NCBI GenBank assembly: GCA_027319905.1 | Contig: DAHVMJ010000002.1 | Coordinates: 389-64,388, forward strand | Direction of reading: 5' to 3' | Length of the DNA stretch: 64,000 bases | Source: Candidatus Micrarchaeota archaeon | Lineage (GTDB): Archaea; Micrarchaeota; Micrarchaeia; Micrarchaeales; CABMGC01 | Part shown: piece by piece, positions 17,745 to 27,576 of the stretch | Position numbering within the stretch: position 1 is the first letter of the stretch | Layout of the letters: every line of letters begins with the position of its first letter | Made by a program: the position numbers and the translations under genes | The notes under the pieces: model-generated | The model's database searches: none | What the model saw: only the letters and a program-made list of their open reading frames with translations | What the model was told of the DNA's origin: nothing

Positions 17745-19271
17745 ATGGATGATACACAGCCGCAACCGCAGGATCATGGAGAGAAGGAATACGCTTCTTA
17801 CGAGCTTGACGCACACGGACTCAAGGTCAAGATACGCATAGTTGACAAGGGTACATTCGTACCGCAGTACGAGGTCACCGTGCCGGGCCTCGGCGACGCT
17901 ACGAAGGTTCTGCTCATCTCGCTAAGGCAGGAGCTCCTCTCGATGGTGCCCATAGACCCTACCAGGATAGAGGACAAGGAGTATGTTGAGGAGCTCACTC
18001 AGAAGTACATAGACGCAACCAACATAATCATAGACAGGTACCTGCCAGGATCCAACCCCGATACAAAGAAAGTGCTCATAGCGTACGTGGTCAACTTCAT
18101 GCTTGGCCTCGGAGATCTCGAGGCTCCCCTCTCCGACGACAACCTCGAGGAGGTGGCGGTCAACACTTCCAGAGAACCGATCTGGGTCTACCACAAGAAG
18201 TTCGGCTGGTGCAGGACGAACATAACACTCCAGGACGAGAACATCATATATGACGACGCGGAGCAGATAGGCAGGAGGATAGGCAGGCAGATAACAAACC
18301 TGGCACCGCTCATGGACGCGGAACTACCGGACGGCTCCAGAGTCAACGCGACGCTCTACCCGATTTCTCAGAAGGGAAACACGCTCACAATCAGAAAGTT
18401 CGGAAAGAACCCGTGGACGATGACGGCGATGGTGGCCAACGGCACACTCTCTCCGGAGATAGCCGCACTCACCTGGCTTGCAGTAGAGAACGAGGTAAGC
18501 ATACTCATCTCGGGCGGTACCGCCAGCGGAAAGACAAGCTTCCTCAACGCGATGAGCATTTTCATACCTCCAACGCACAGGATAATCTCGGTTGAGGAGG
18601 ACAGGGAGCTCACGCTGCCCAACTTCCTGCACTGGGTGCCGATGCTGACAAGGCAGCCCAACCCTGAGGGCAAGGGCGAGGTCACTCTCTACAACCTCAT
18701 GATCAACGCGCTTAGGCAGAGGCCTGACGTCATGCTCGTTGGAGAGGTCAGAACAAAGAGCGACGCGGAAACGCTCTTCGAAGCGATACACACGGGCCAC
18801 GCGGTCTACGGCACAGTGCACGCGGATAACGCACAGGATACGATTGTACGTATGACCAACCCTCCCATCGAGGTGCCCAAGCTGATGCTCAATGCGTTCG
18901 GAGGCGTAATCTCGCTGTTCAGGCACAGGAGGCTGGGCATAAGGCGCGTGCTCGAATTCGCCGAGATGATGAGAAACGGAGACGTGAGCGTGGTTTTCAG
19001 ATGGGACATGCGCAACGACACCTTTGCGCAGATAACCGAGATAGCGAGGCTTAGCGAGACGATATCGCTCTACGGCGGCTACGATAGGAGCGAGCTCGAA
19101 CGAAGTCTTGATGAGAAGAAGAGGGTACTGAACTGGATGGTCAAGAACAACATAACCGGCGTTGACGACGCTGGCTACGTTGTATCCAGCTACTACAGGA
19201 ACGCGGAGAAGATGCTGAAGATCGCTGACGATAACCAGCCGTATTCCAAAGAGCTGATTGAGAGGCTGTAG
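17745..19271 (+). CDS. Type II/IV secretion-family ATPase (archaeal FlaI/ArlI-PilB-like)
   Basis: Walker A ILISGGTASGKTS, IISVEEDRELTL and MLVGEVR..ETLFEAIHTGH match the VirB11/GspE/FlaI family. Confidence 0.9.
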   Translation: MDDTQPQPQDHGEKEYASYELDAHGLKVKIRIVDKGTFVPQYEVTVPGLGDATKVLLISLRQELLSMVPIDPTRIEDKEYVEELTQKYIDATNIIIDRYLPGSNPDTKKVLIAYVVNFMLGLGDLEAPLSDDNLEEVAVNTSREPIWVYHKKFGWCRTNITLQDENIIYDDAEQIGRRIGRQITNLAPLMDAELPDGSRVNATLYPISQKGNTLTIRKFGKNPWTMTAMVANGTLSPEIAALTWLAVENEVSILISGGTASGKTSFLNAMSIFIPPTHRIISVEEDRELTLPNFLHWVPMLTRQPNPEGKGEVTLYNLMINALRQRPDVMLVGEVRTKSDAETLFEAIHTGHAVYGTVHADNAQDTIVRMTNPPIEVPKLMLNAFGGVISLFRHRRLGIRRVLEFAEMMRNGDVSVVFRWDMRNDTFAQITEIARLSETISLYGGYDRSELERSLDEKKRVLNWMVKNNITGVDDAGYVVSSYYRNAEKMLKIADDNQPYSKELIERL

Positions 19272-19279
19272 GGCATTGC

Positions 19280-19930
19280 ATGGATGACGACGATTACCAG
19301 AAGGCAGTTTCGCTCGTTGACACGATAGACACATCGCACGGCCCTGAATCCGCGCAGATAGACATGAGCGATGTCTTCGCAAACAGGCTCCAACTAAAGA
19401 AGCTCAGCTACGCAGACGTGGGCCAGCTCATCGAAAGAGGGGAGAAGGGTACGGCGTACAAGCCCGAGGCTGCACAGGCCCCCCAGCCAGCGCAACAAGC
19501 GCACGCGCAACCAGCGCCGCAACGACCCCAACCTCAGCCGCAGCCACAACCTGCGCCGCGTGTGCCTAAGCATGAACTGTCAAAGGATATGAACGGCGCC
19601 GCAGAGAGATTGAGGAGCATGGTCGGAGGCGCAGGGAAGGAGTTTGCCACAGACGTGTCTACAAAGATAGAGGAGGCAAAGGAGGCTAACCTGGTGCTTC
19701 CGAAGCTGTCTCTTCAGGACCAGATATCAGACCTGGACAAGATGAAGGAGGGCATAGACGAACACGTGTTCGATGCCGAACAGCTGCATATAATAGAGGA
19801 GGAAGTGGACGGCATGGAACGCATTTCCACGCGCGAGAGCAAGAGCACGCTGAACGACGAGCAACGCGAACTCGTCATAATGAGAAACCAAAGACTTAAA
19901 GAGCTGAAGGGCAGATTGAATATCGGTTAA
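19280..19930 (+). CDS. Hypothetical protein with a central Pro/Gln-rich tract
   Basis: Contains AQAPQPAQQAHAQPAPQRPQPQPQPQPAP. Operonic position between the ATPase and platform genes. Confidence 0.5.
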   Translation: MDDDDYQKAVSLVDTIDTSHGPESAQIDMSDVFANRLQLKKLSYADVGQLIERGEKGTAYKPEAAQAPQPAQQAHAQPAPQRPQPQPQPQPAPRVPKHELSKDMNGAAERLRSMVGGAGKEFATDVSTKIEEAKEANLVLPKLSLQDQISDLDKMKEGIDEHVFDAEQLHIIEEEVDGMERISTRESKSTLNDEQRELVIMRNQRLKELKGRLNIG

Positions 19931-19947
19931 TCTGTCCGTGTGGTCCA

Positions 19948-21234
19948 ATGGCGCTTTTCGGTGCAAAAAAAGGCGATAAGGAGAAGAAGGAGGAGAACAA
20001 GGGACCAATAGTCGGATTCACAAAACCGAAGAGATTCCTCTTTTTCAAGGTAAAATCTAAGCCCATATACGCCAGCCAGCCGCAGCAGCCGCAGGCAGCG
20101 CAGCCCACGCAACCCCAGCAGCAGGCCGGCCAGCAGCAGGTTCCAAAACCGCAGCCAGCGCAGCAATCCAGGCCTCTCCAACAGCAGCCGCAACAACCAC
20201 AGCAGCCCAAACAGCTCCAGCAACCGCAACCTCGACCTCGTCCAAGCCTCACGTTCAAATCCCCCATCCCGAAATTTTCTTTTAAGATTCCGGCAATGAA
20301 GCCCAGGGCCCAGGCCCGGCAACCCCAGCCCGGGCAGGCCGCGCAGCCCACGGCGCAGAGGCAGCAGACTGCAATGCCGCAGACGCCAGGCGGCAAGCCT
20401 GCGGGCAAGCCGAACCAGTTGCAGATCTACTTCATGAGCATGGCTAGCAAGCACAAAGACCTCGAAGCAGCGCTGAGGGCGCAGAACATAAAGGAGAGCC
20501 CATACGAGTTCGTCAGGAAGATGTTCATCTACGCGATAACCATCAGCGTGGTAGTCGCGATCGCGACGGGGGCATTGCTCGTGAGCTATGGGCTCACCCC
20601 GATACTCGCGCTCGCGCTCGGCATAGCGTGCTACTACGCTCTATTCAACAGGTTCATACGCTACCCGCTGGACAGGAGCGTGGTGGTGGGCAAGGAGATA
20701 GAGAGGGACATACTCTTCGCGGCAAGGGACATGGTGATCAGCATGCGATCAGGCATGCCGCTCTTCAACGCGATAACCGCGGTGAGCACAGGCTACGGTG
20801 CCGCCAGCCTCGAGTTCGCGAAGGTCGTGGAGCTTGTGCAGCTCGGCACACCGATCGAGCAGGCGCTCGACGAGGTGAGCAGCAGAAGCCAGTCCAAGAC
20901 GTTCAAGAGGATAATGCTGCAGGCAACGGTCAGCCTGAAGGCGGGAGCCGATGTCGTGGGCGCGCTGCAAGGAGTGGTCGACGAGGTGATGCAGGAGCGA
21001 GTCATAGAGCTCAGGCGATACGGGCAGAGGCTGAATGCGCTTGCAATGTTCTACATGCTCTTCGGTGTCATCTTCCCCAGCATGGGAATAGCAGTTGCTG
21101 CGATACTCACCACGTTCATCAACCTCTTCAGCATAGACGAGAACACGCTCATCTTTGCTCTTATAGGAATCTTCTTCCTGCAGATAATATTCCTTAATAT
21201 AATGAGGTCCTCAAGACCAACATTCGCAATGTAG
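19948..21234 (+). CDS. Pilus platform protein, first half (one T2SSF/TadB-like domain) with a Q/P-rich N-terminal extension of about 170 aa
   Basis: The C-terminal 250 aa or so have a TMH-helical cytoplasmic domain-2 TMH topology, with sequence resembling FlaJ/PilC/TadB repeats (ILFAARDMVISMRSGMPLFNAI...). Confidence 0.7.
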   Translation: MALFGAKKGDKEKKEENKGPIVGFTKPKRFLFFKVKSKPIYASQPQQPQAAQPTQPQQQAGQQQVPKPQPAQQSRPLQQQPQQPQQPKQLQQPQPRPRPSLTFKSPIPKFSFKIPAMKPRAQARQPQPGQAAQPTAQRQQTAMPQTPGGKPAGKPNQLQIYFMSMASKHKDLEAALRAQNIKESPYEFVRKMFIYAITISVVVAIATGALLVSYGLTPILALALGIACYYALFNRFIRYPLDRSVVVGKEIERDILFAARDMVISMRSGMPLFNAITAVSTGYGAASLEFAKVVELVQLGTPIEQALDEVSSRSQSKTFKRIMLQATVSLKAGADVVGALQGVVDEVMQERVIELRRYGQRLNALAMFYMLFGVIFPSMGIAVAAILTTFINLFSIDENTLIFALIGIFFLQIIFLNIMRSSRPTFAM

Positions 21235-21317
21235 GTGGAAACACGAAGATAGAGTATCAGCGTCTGATATCGAGAAGCGTCGTCACGCTGCTGCAGCGCG
21301 AGCTGTATCTCGCCGGC

Positions 21318-22235
21318 GTGAAGACAGACATAAACAAGTTCCTCCAGGTGCTCATCGTCGGCGGTCTTGGTCTATTCATAGTCATACCTTTCGCCCTCGT
21401 CCTGCTTGCAAAGCTCAGCGCCGGCATAGCCGCGCTCGCCGGAATAGCCGCGGCCGCGATATTCGAGGTGATGATATACGCGACACTCGAGTTCAAGATC
21501 GAGCAGAGAAAGACCTTTGTCGACAACCTGCTGCCCGACTATCTTCAGCTTGCGGGCGCGAACGTCAGGAGCGGAATAGCGCTCGACAAGGCGATGGTCC
21601 TCGCGGCGAGGCCAGAATTCGGCTACTTCAGCGACGACGTGAAGGAGATGAACAAGGAGCTCTATGGCGGCCTGACTCTTCAGCAGTCGATGACCAACCT
21701 GGGCAAGAAGTACAGGTCGACGCAGTTGCAGCACACGATACGCATGATGAACGAAGGCATACAGTACGGAGGAGGCATGACCGACCTGCTCAACCAGATA
21801 GCCAAGGACATACGAAGCCAGCACATGGTTCAGCGCGAGATAAGCGGACAGCTCTTCATGTACACCATATTCATCGCCTTCGCTGCGCTGATAGGAGCCC
21901 CGGTGCTCTACGCGCTTACCTCACAGATGATCGGCGTCACCGATACCGTCTGGGCCGGCATACTCAAACAGAACCCTGGAGGCCTGCCCACAGCGGGCAT
22001 CTCCTTCCTAAGACCCAGCCCCCCGAAGATAACGATAGACGAGTACCATAACTTCGCGCTCTCAAGCGTGATACTCATCACGGGTTTCGGAGCTTTCATA
22101 GTATCGGCAATATCAACTGGTTCGGTGCTGAAAGGGTTACGGTACCTGCCAATCTTCCTGATAGTCGGGCTCGGCGTCTTCTTTGTGGTGTCAGCACTGA
22201 TAGGGAGCATATTCACCAGCATAAGCGGCGTCTGA
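21318..22235 (+). CDS. Pilus platform protein, second half (T2SSF/TadC-like domain)
   Basis: GTG start. LPDYLQLAGANVRSGIALDKAM...MMNEGIQYGGGMTDLL plus flanking TMHs match the second FlaJ/PilC repeat. Confidence 0.7.
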   Translation: MKTDINKFLQVLIVGGLGLFIVIPFALVLLAKLSAGIAALAGIAAAAIFEVMIYATLEFKIEQRKTFVDNLLPDYLQLAGANVRSGIALDKAMVLAARPEFGYFSDDVKEMNKELYGGLTLQQSMTNLGKKYRSTQLQHTIRMMNEGIQYGGGMTDLLNQIAKDIRSQHMVQREISGQLFMYTIFIAFAALIGAPVLYALTSQMIGVTDTVWAGILKQNPGGLPTAGISFLRPSPPKITIDEYHNFALSSVILITGFGAFIVSAISTGSVLKGLRYLPIFLIVGLGVFFVVSALIGSIFTSISGV

Positions 22236-24869
22236 TTATGTATTCGTAAGCCCGAAAGCCTGCCACTCATTCACAGAAGAGGCTATCGAGGAAAGCCCTG
22301 GAGAGGTGTAGGTGCCTGAAAAGTAAGGATAAACGAATCCGCCCCCTGTAGCTATACCGTTGTTGCTGTTTCCGCTGTAGTCATTGGCGTTCCCATTCAG
22401 CGGCCACCAGCCGACTAGGTTCGAAGTGAACGGAATACCCGCCATGCCTTCCTGGTATAACTGCTGGATCTGCGTTCCGGAGAGCGCAGCGCTGTACATC
22501 TGCGCGTCAGCCACGCTGCCATTAAAGCTGTCTCCCGTGTTGGATCTGCTGCCTATGAATCCGTCTAGTCCAGTGCCCTGCAGTGATATGGCGTTGTAGG
22601 CTGCGCTGCTCGCAACCTGGTTGCCGTTGATCCATAGGCTCACCGCGCTCCCGTTGTATCTGCTTACCAAAAAGTACCAATTACCTAGCTGAATCGCGCC
22701 GGCCGCGCTTTTCGCCTCTGACCAGCAATTCGTAACCGTGCATACCCACGTCTCGGCTTCTTCGGTGCCGCTGTCATTCACAGCTATGATTGGATTTATT
22801 TCATCTCCCAACGCAGAGTCGGCGCCTAAGATCTCCTGCCTTCCGCTGTGGCTGCCACTGTTCCACTTTGCCCATATCGCCATTGTTGCTGCGGTTCCTT
22901 GGAGGAGGGCGTTGGAGGTCGCTATCGTTATGTTCGCTCCCCTCCCGTTTAGTTGCGCAGTCTGCACTGTGCCTCCCTGTGCTTCAAGCGGCATATACCC
23001 AAGATACAACTGCGGCAGTGTGTTAGACGCGCAATTGCCGTTTGATGTGCACGAGAGTATACCGGGTATCGGAGAGAGCTTCGTAGGCACGGGAGTGTTG
23101 AGTATGCTGTCCCTGCTGTAGTTCTGCAGCAGGTCGTACGAAACGCCCGTGGCTGCGCCATTGTTTCCCTGCCCGCTGTAGTCGTTCGCATTGCCATTCA
23201 GCGGCCACCAGCCGGCAACATTTGAGTTGGTCGGAGGCACTCCAGAGATGCCTTCTTGATAAAGCCTCTGGATCTCAATTGCCGAAAGGGTGGTGTTGTA
23301 AACCTGCACGCCAGAAATGTCGCCTATAAAGTCGTACGCGCTCATCTTCCCCAGACTGCTCCCGATGCTGAATGTGCCGTCGACGACACTCTCTGAGTAG
23401 GTGCTCCACGTTACCGAAGAGAGCCCGTTGACATATAATGTGCCCGTGGAAGGCCCCTGAACAAAGACAATCTGGGTCCAGCTATTTAGCGGTACTGAGT
23501 TCGACGACTGCGCCCCGGTCTGGGCCCAGCCGTTGACGTTTATTTTACCATCTGATTGGTATGCAATCTGTATAGAGTTCGAGCTGCTCCCTTCGTACAC
23601 GATTACATTGGCTGTGGAATAAGATGTGCCTGAGCCCAGCGCTTTGGGATATATCCACGCTACTATCGATATGCCGTGTTTGTTTAGTGACTGAAGACCG
23701 GGCATGCTCACATAGCTGCTGCCTCCGAACTGCCCGGCCTGCGTATTGTAGTTCGAGAAGCTGAAGATGCCGTTAGGTGACTGGGTATTGAAGCTTCCTT
23801 GGCTCCTTGACAAGTACGAGGAAGTGAACGGAGAAGCGAAGTAGTAGCCGTTGCTTATCGCGCTCTTCAGACCCTCTATGTCCAACGTTTCCAAAGCTGG
23901 CCCGTAGAGCAGTACCTTCGTTCCAGAAGGCATAGATTGCAGTATGTTGGAAGAGCTGGGGTAGATCAGGTAGGCCACGGTCGGGAGGGTCGAGGGTGCG
24001 ATATACGCTACAAGGCCCGCATAGCTGTTCTCGCAGCTCTCCAGACCTATGGCGTTGTACGTTTCGAGTATGATGTTTGATTCGAGCGCAGAGATCTTGG
24101 AAGGAATGGATGTGCACGAGGCGCCGCTCACCGAGTTGCTCGCAAGCCAGTATGTGGTTCCATACGCGTATGCAAGCACGTTTCCGCTCGTCGCTTGAGC
24201 ATTTCCGATAACACGCGTCAGGTTGCCAAGTCCAGAAAAGACCACAGGCCTGTAAATTCCCTGCTGGGCGTAGAGAAGGTCAGGGGTGCCGTTGAGCGAG
24301 ACAGTCGCGTTAACCGGTATGGTGTAGGTGTAGCTGACGCCTGAGACGTTGAACGATATCCTCTCCGTGTAAGAGACTGCAAGATGATACGGGTCTGCCT
24401 GGAACACGCTTGGTGTGCTCTCGTTTATCGATTTGAGCTGAGATGCGAACCCCAGAAGCGTGGCTACCGACGTGTTGTATGCCTTCAGCGTCAGGTTGCC
24501 CATGGAGTTCTGTGGGTATCCTGATGTGTCGTTAGGCAGTACCCCGTTGACCATAAGGTCAGAGAGGTAAAGGCTGGTGTTTGAGATGAAGTTCGATTTC
24601 CTAAGGTTTGGGGTAATCTCATAGTTTGCCAGCACTGCGATCGCCTTGCTTAGGCTCGATGCCGCGAACGCGCCCGCGCTGGCCTTCAGCGCCCCGGCAT
24701 AGTTGTTGGAGGTTGACGAGATCGTCAGCGACTGCGCTATGTTGTTGGAGCTTATGTTGAGCAGCGCAAACGCGAAGAGCTCCGCAAGCAAGAGCACGAA
24801 TATGATCAGCATGATGAGTGTCATCAGCTGACCCTTGCTCGATCCCAGTCCCATCGAACCTAGCTCCAT
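22236..24869 (-). CDS. Giant prepilin-like surface protein with two LamG modules
   Basis: Leader GSSKG|QLMTLIMLIIFVLLL. Two copies of GWWPLNGNANDYSG are each followed by a LamG_3-type core ending ..VQ(V/M)Y..LS..(E/Q)IQ.LYQEG. Confidence 0.75.
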   Translation of the reverse strand: MELGSMGLGSSKGQLMTLIMLIIFVLLLAELFAFALLNISSNNIAQSLTISSTSNNYAGALKASAGAFAASSLSKAIAVLANYEITPNLRKSNFISNTSLYLSDLMVNGVLPNDTSGYPQNSMGNLTLKAYNTSVATLLGFASQLKSINESTPSVFQADPYHLAVSYTERISFNVSGVSYTYTIPVNATVSLNGTPDLLYAQQGIYRPVVFSGLGNLTRVIGNAQATSGNVLAYAYGTTYWLASNSVSGASCTSIPSKISALESNIILETYNAIGLESCENSYAGLVAYIAPSTLPTVAYLIYPSSSNILQSMPSGTKVLLYGPALETLDIEGLKSAISNGYYFASPFTSSYLSRSQGSFNTQSPNGIFSFSNYNTQAGQFGGSSYVSMPGLQSLNKHGISIVAWIYPKALGSGTSYSTANVIVYEGSSSNSIQIAYQSDGKINVNGWAQTGAQSSNSVPLNSWTQIVFVQGPSTGTLYVNGLSSVTWSTYSESVVDGTFSIGSSLGKMSAYDFIGDISGVQVYNTTLSAIEIQRLYQEGISGVPPTNSNVAGWWPLNGNANDYSGQGNNGAATGVSYDLLQNYSRDSILNTPVPTKLSPIPGILSCTSNGNCASNTLPQLYLGYMPLEAQGGTVQTAQLNGRGANITIATSNALLQGTAATMAIWAKWNSGSHSGRQEILGADSALGDEINPIIAVNDSGTEEAETWVCTVTNCWSEAKSAAGAIQLGNWYFLVSRYNGSAVSLWINGNQVASSAAYNAISLQGTGLDGFIGSRSNTGDSFNGSVADAQMYSAALSGTQIQQLYQEGMAGIPFTSNLVGWWPLNGNANDYSGNSNNGIATGGGFVYPYFSGTYTSPGLSSIASSVNEWQAFGLTNT

Positions 24870-27028
24870 GAGTACACCCCTACTGCTACTGTATTGCTCG
24901 CCCCCGTCGTGTAGTTAACCACAGGCAGAAAGGCGCTAGCCTTCGATATCTGGTAGGCGTTGGAGAGGGCCTGAGACGTATATGCGGTTCTGACAAAACC
25001 GAGGCCTCCGACAGGGAAGCCGGTGTTATAGTTTCCATAATCATTTGTATCACCGCTCAGCGGCCACCAGCCGGCGAGGCCCGCCCCGCTCACAGGAGGG
25101 CCAGATATGCCTTCACGGTACAGCTGAGCCACCTGGCTTGTCGCCAGCGTGCTGGCATATACCTGTACATCCGCTATCTGCCCAGTGAATTTGCAGCCCC
25201 CGTCGGGCCACGCGCCTATGTAGGACGCCAGCCCGGAGGTAGGCGTGTCGAGAACATTGCCCGAAAGCGACCCCGTTGCCTTCTGCCCATTCATGTAGAC
25301 CGTTACGTTGCTCGTATCTTTTTGGTACGCGGCCGCGATGAAGGTCCACGTGTTCTTCGGTGCAGTCAGCGAGGAGACGTAATCGTCGCTGTTGCCAGCG
25401 AAACTCACCAGGCCGTTTGCGTTGAGTCCAAGGCCGCTGTACTGGCCAACGCCACCTCCGATGGTGGGTCCGTAGCCCGTTGCCATCTCCTGCCCGCAGC
25501 CGCCGTTGCTGTACGATGATACGTTTACCCAGGCAACAAGCGTTCTCGAGTTGGAGATTGTGGCGAATCCACGCGTTCCGGTCTCAACATATGCTGTCGT
25601 TCCATTGAAGTCTGCAGCCAGAACGGTGTTTGTGGACGGCGGGCCTGCGAAGAAGGTGTAGTTCGATGCAGGATATATGCTGTTCAGCAGCGCCTTCCCG
25701 CATCCCGACTGCCCGTTGAGATACATTGCCGCCACGGCTCCGAGCAGCGTGGATCCAGGCGGCGAATCGCAAGCGCCATAAGCCACTATTTTGTTGCTTG
25801 TTTCAACGTAGAGCCTGCCATAAGCGAGCGTCATCCGCGGGCGGAGCGTCACGCCAGAGGTATTGGCAAACCAGTATATTGTGCCCGTGCTCAGATTCTC
25901 CCCGGCGAGGCCGTTTGACCACAGCGTGTATACCATGGATCCGCTTACAGCGGGAGTGGCGTTGGTTATGCTGCTTCCGAAGTAAGACGGTACAGCAACG
26001 CTCCAGTAAGAGGTTCCGCTGGACGAGAGGGCCGCCACGCCGGCGCTGGTCTGGTACACTATGTAGTTGCCGTAGAGCGCCGCTCCTGTTACGGTGCTGC
26101 CCGTTCCTACCGGGAAGCCGCTTGCGACCGTGCCGTTTGTGTACGTGGCATTGGCGCTGCTTCCAGTTCCAAGATAGAACGTGCTGCCCTCAGAGCCAGC
26201 CACGCCTGTAGGAGAATTGCCTATAGCATACGCGTTGTTGGCTACCTGCTTTGCGCCTCCGCCAGTGAAGACTATCACGAATATGTTGTTCGTGGAGGTC
26301 TTTACCGCGAGATTTCCGCCCGCTATCGCCATGGACACCGGTATGGAACCGGTGTAGTTTGACCAATATGCTGTGCCGTTTGTCGCGTAGTACGCGTGCA
26401 CCCAGTTGTCTCCGCCTCCGAAGATCACCTGGTTGTTGTAGACCAGGAGAGGCGACGACACTGTTACGCTGCTGATCGAGTTAGTGCTCCATAAGATGTT
26501 CCCATTGTCCGCGTTCGCCGCGGTGAGGTTAGTCGCATTTGCATAGAAGATCATGCCTGACGCAAGCGCCGGGGTGCTGGCGACGTTGGATCTGGTGTTC
26601 GTGCTCCATACCGTTGCGTTGGTTGTTGCATTGACTGCGTAGAGCATCGAGTTGGCCGCGAAGTATATGTTGCCATACGCCGCTACCACACTTGTAGTGA
26701 TCGTGTTACCAGGCTTGAAGACGTAAGAGATGGTCGGATAGAGAGGGCCTATTGGGTTGCTGCCCTGCGCGTACGCGCTTCCGAGGAAGAGAGGCGAAGT
26801 CTCGTTTGCGCCCGCGTACTGGTTCACCAGCGCCTTTGCTATGAAGCTGCTATTCTGCACTGATGCAACTGTTGTGGATGCAAGATTGCTGAAGATCGTC
26901 TGCGCATTGGAGTAGTGCAGATTGTAAGGCGTTTGCGCGTAGTACTGGAAGAAGAGGAGCACAGAAACGCCAACAACGGTTATGACTAGCGCGAAGATCG
27001 CATCCATCGTGAATACTATCCCTTTCAT
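24860..27028 (-). CDS. Prepilin-like protein with a PQQ/BamB-like beta-propeller and a C-terminal LamG module
   Basis: Leader MKG|IVFTMDAIFALVI. Repeated ..A.NA.NG...W(S/T).. blades are present (NATVWSTN, NGNILWSTN, NGTAYWSN, GTIYWFAN). The LamG core ends IADVQVYASTLA..LYREG and is followed by GWWPLSGDTNDYG. Confidence 0.7.
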   Translation of the reverse strand: MKGIVFTMDAIFALVITVVGVSVLLFFQYYAQTPYNLHYSNAQTIFSNLASTTVASVQNSSFIAKALVNQYAGANETSPLFLGSAYAQGSNPIGPLYPTISYVFKPGNTITTSVVAAYGNIYFAANSMLYAVNATTNATVWSTNTRSNVASTPALASGMIFYANATNLTAANADNGNILWSTNSISSVTVSSPLLVYNNQVIFGGGDNWVHAYYATNGTAYWSNYTGSIPVSMAIAGGNLAVKTSTNNIFVIVFTGGGAKQVANNAYAIGNSPTGVAGSEGSTFYLGTGSSANATYTNGTVASGFPVGTGSTVTGAALYGNYIVYQTSAGVAALSSSGTSYWSVAVPSYFGSSITNATPAVSGSMVYTLWSNGLAGENLSTGTIYWFANTSGVTLRPRMTLAYGRLYVETSNKIVAYGACDSPPGSTLLGAVAAMYLNGQSGCGKALLNSIYPASNYTFFAGPPSTNTVLAADFNGTTAYVETGTRGFATISNSRTLVAWVNVSSYSNGGCGQEMATGYGPTIGGGVGQYSGLGLNANGLVSFAGNSDDYVSSLTAPKNTWTFIAAAYQKDTSNVTVYMNGQKATGSLSGNVLDTPTSGLASYIGAWPDGGCKFTGQIADVQVYASTLATSQVAQLYREGISGPPVSGAGLAGWWPLSGDTNDYGNYNTGFPVGGLGFVRTAYTSQALSNAYQISKASAFLPVVNYTTGASNTVAVGVYSWS

Positions 27029-27576
27029 CAGCTGACACCAAAACTTTCGTTCGTCCAGAGAAATATCTGCATCTTGACAGGTACGCCATTGAGCACAGCA
27101 GACTGCCTAGCTACCTGCACCGCATAAGGATTTCTCGTATAGGGGTACAGACCCATGCCTATGCTCGTATTGCTGTAGTTTATCTCTATGTACCAGTCGT
27201 AGCCCACGCCCAGCAGCGGCTTCGTGGCTTGGTACGTTATGCTGTTGTAGTTGGCCATCGCCATGAGCGTTATTATCTTATCCTGCGAGATCGCGCTTCC
27301 AGAGCCGGAGCCCAAACCTATGCTCACGTTCTGCCAGGTACCGACATCAATCACATTTACTGCTGAGTTCCAGTCCGATGGCGAGCCCGGTTCCAGTATT
27401 CTTGTCTGCAGGCTCTGCAGTTGTGCCTGCATGGTCTGCAAGCCGAAGCCGTAGGCTATGTTGTACTGGCTGCTCACGTTGACCCAGACGAAGGTGAGTA
27501 TAATTAGCGCGGACCCGAATATGATCATCGCGAAAATGACATCGAATGACCAGAACTGCGCTTTCATGGGAACCAA
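27028..27576 (-). CDS. Small prepilin-like protein
   Basis: Leader MKA|QFWSFDVIFAMIIFGSALIIL. 182 aa, operonic with the other prepilin genes. Confidence 0.65.
   Translation of the reverse strand: MVPMKAQFWSFDVIFAMIIFGSALIILTFVWVNVSSQYNIAYGFGLQTMQAQLQSLQTRILEPGSPSDWNSAVNVIDVGTWQNVSIGLGSGSGSAISQDKIITLMAMANYNSITYQATKPLLGVGYDWYIEINYSNTSIGMGLYPYTRNPYAVQVARQSAVLNGVPVKMQIFLWTNESFGVS

Noticed and set aside
18324-19382. A 352-aa minus-strand ORF.
   Set aside because: It is antisense to the well-supported secretion ATPase gene, and its translation is Arg/His/Val-rich without motifs. It is a shadow ORF.
19896-20454. Minus-strand ORFs of 170-175 aa rich in Cys, Gly, Trp, Leu and Arg.
   Set aside because: They are an artefact of reading the CAG/CCG-repetitive Q/P-rich coding tract on the opposite strand, and they overlap a coherent plus-strand operon.
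21204-21317. The gap between the two platform ORFs might be a frameshift that marks a pseudogene or a programmed frameshift.
   Set aside because: Both halves keep intact T2SSF-like sequence and TM segments. The second ORF has a plausible GTG start followed directly by a TM helix. I see no slippery heptamer by eye. A genuine TadB/TadC-like split is simpler, although a sequencing indel cannot be excluded (see the corresponding finding).
16532-22235. The ATPase/platform operon could be an archaellum (fla/arl) locus.
   Set aside because: There are no archaellin-type genes and no FlaH/ArlH (KaiC-like), FlaG/F or FlaC/D/E homologs in the operon. The associated prepilin-like genes carry adhesin-type passengers, so an adhesive type IV pilus is more likely. 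The KaiC-like gene at 63083 is 40 kb away.
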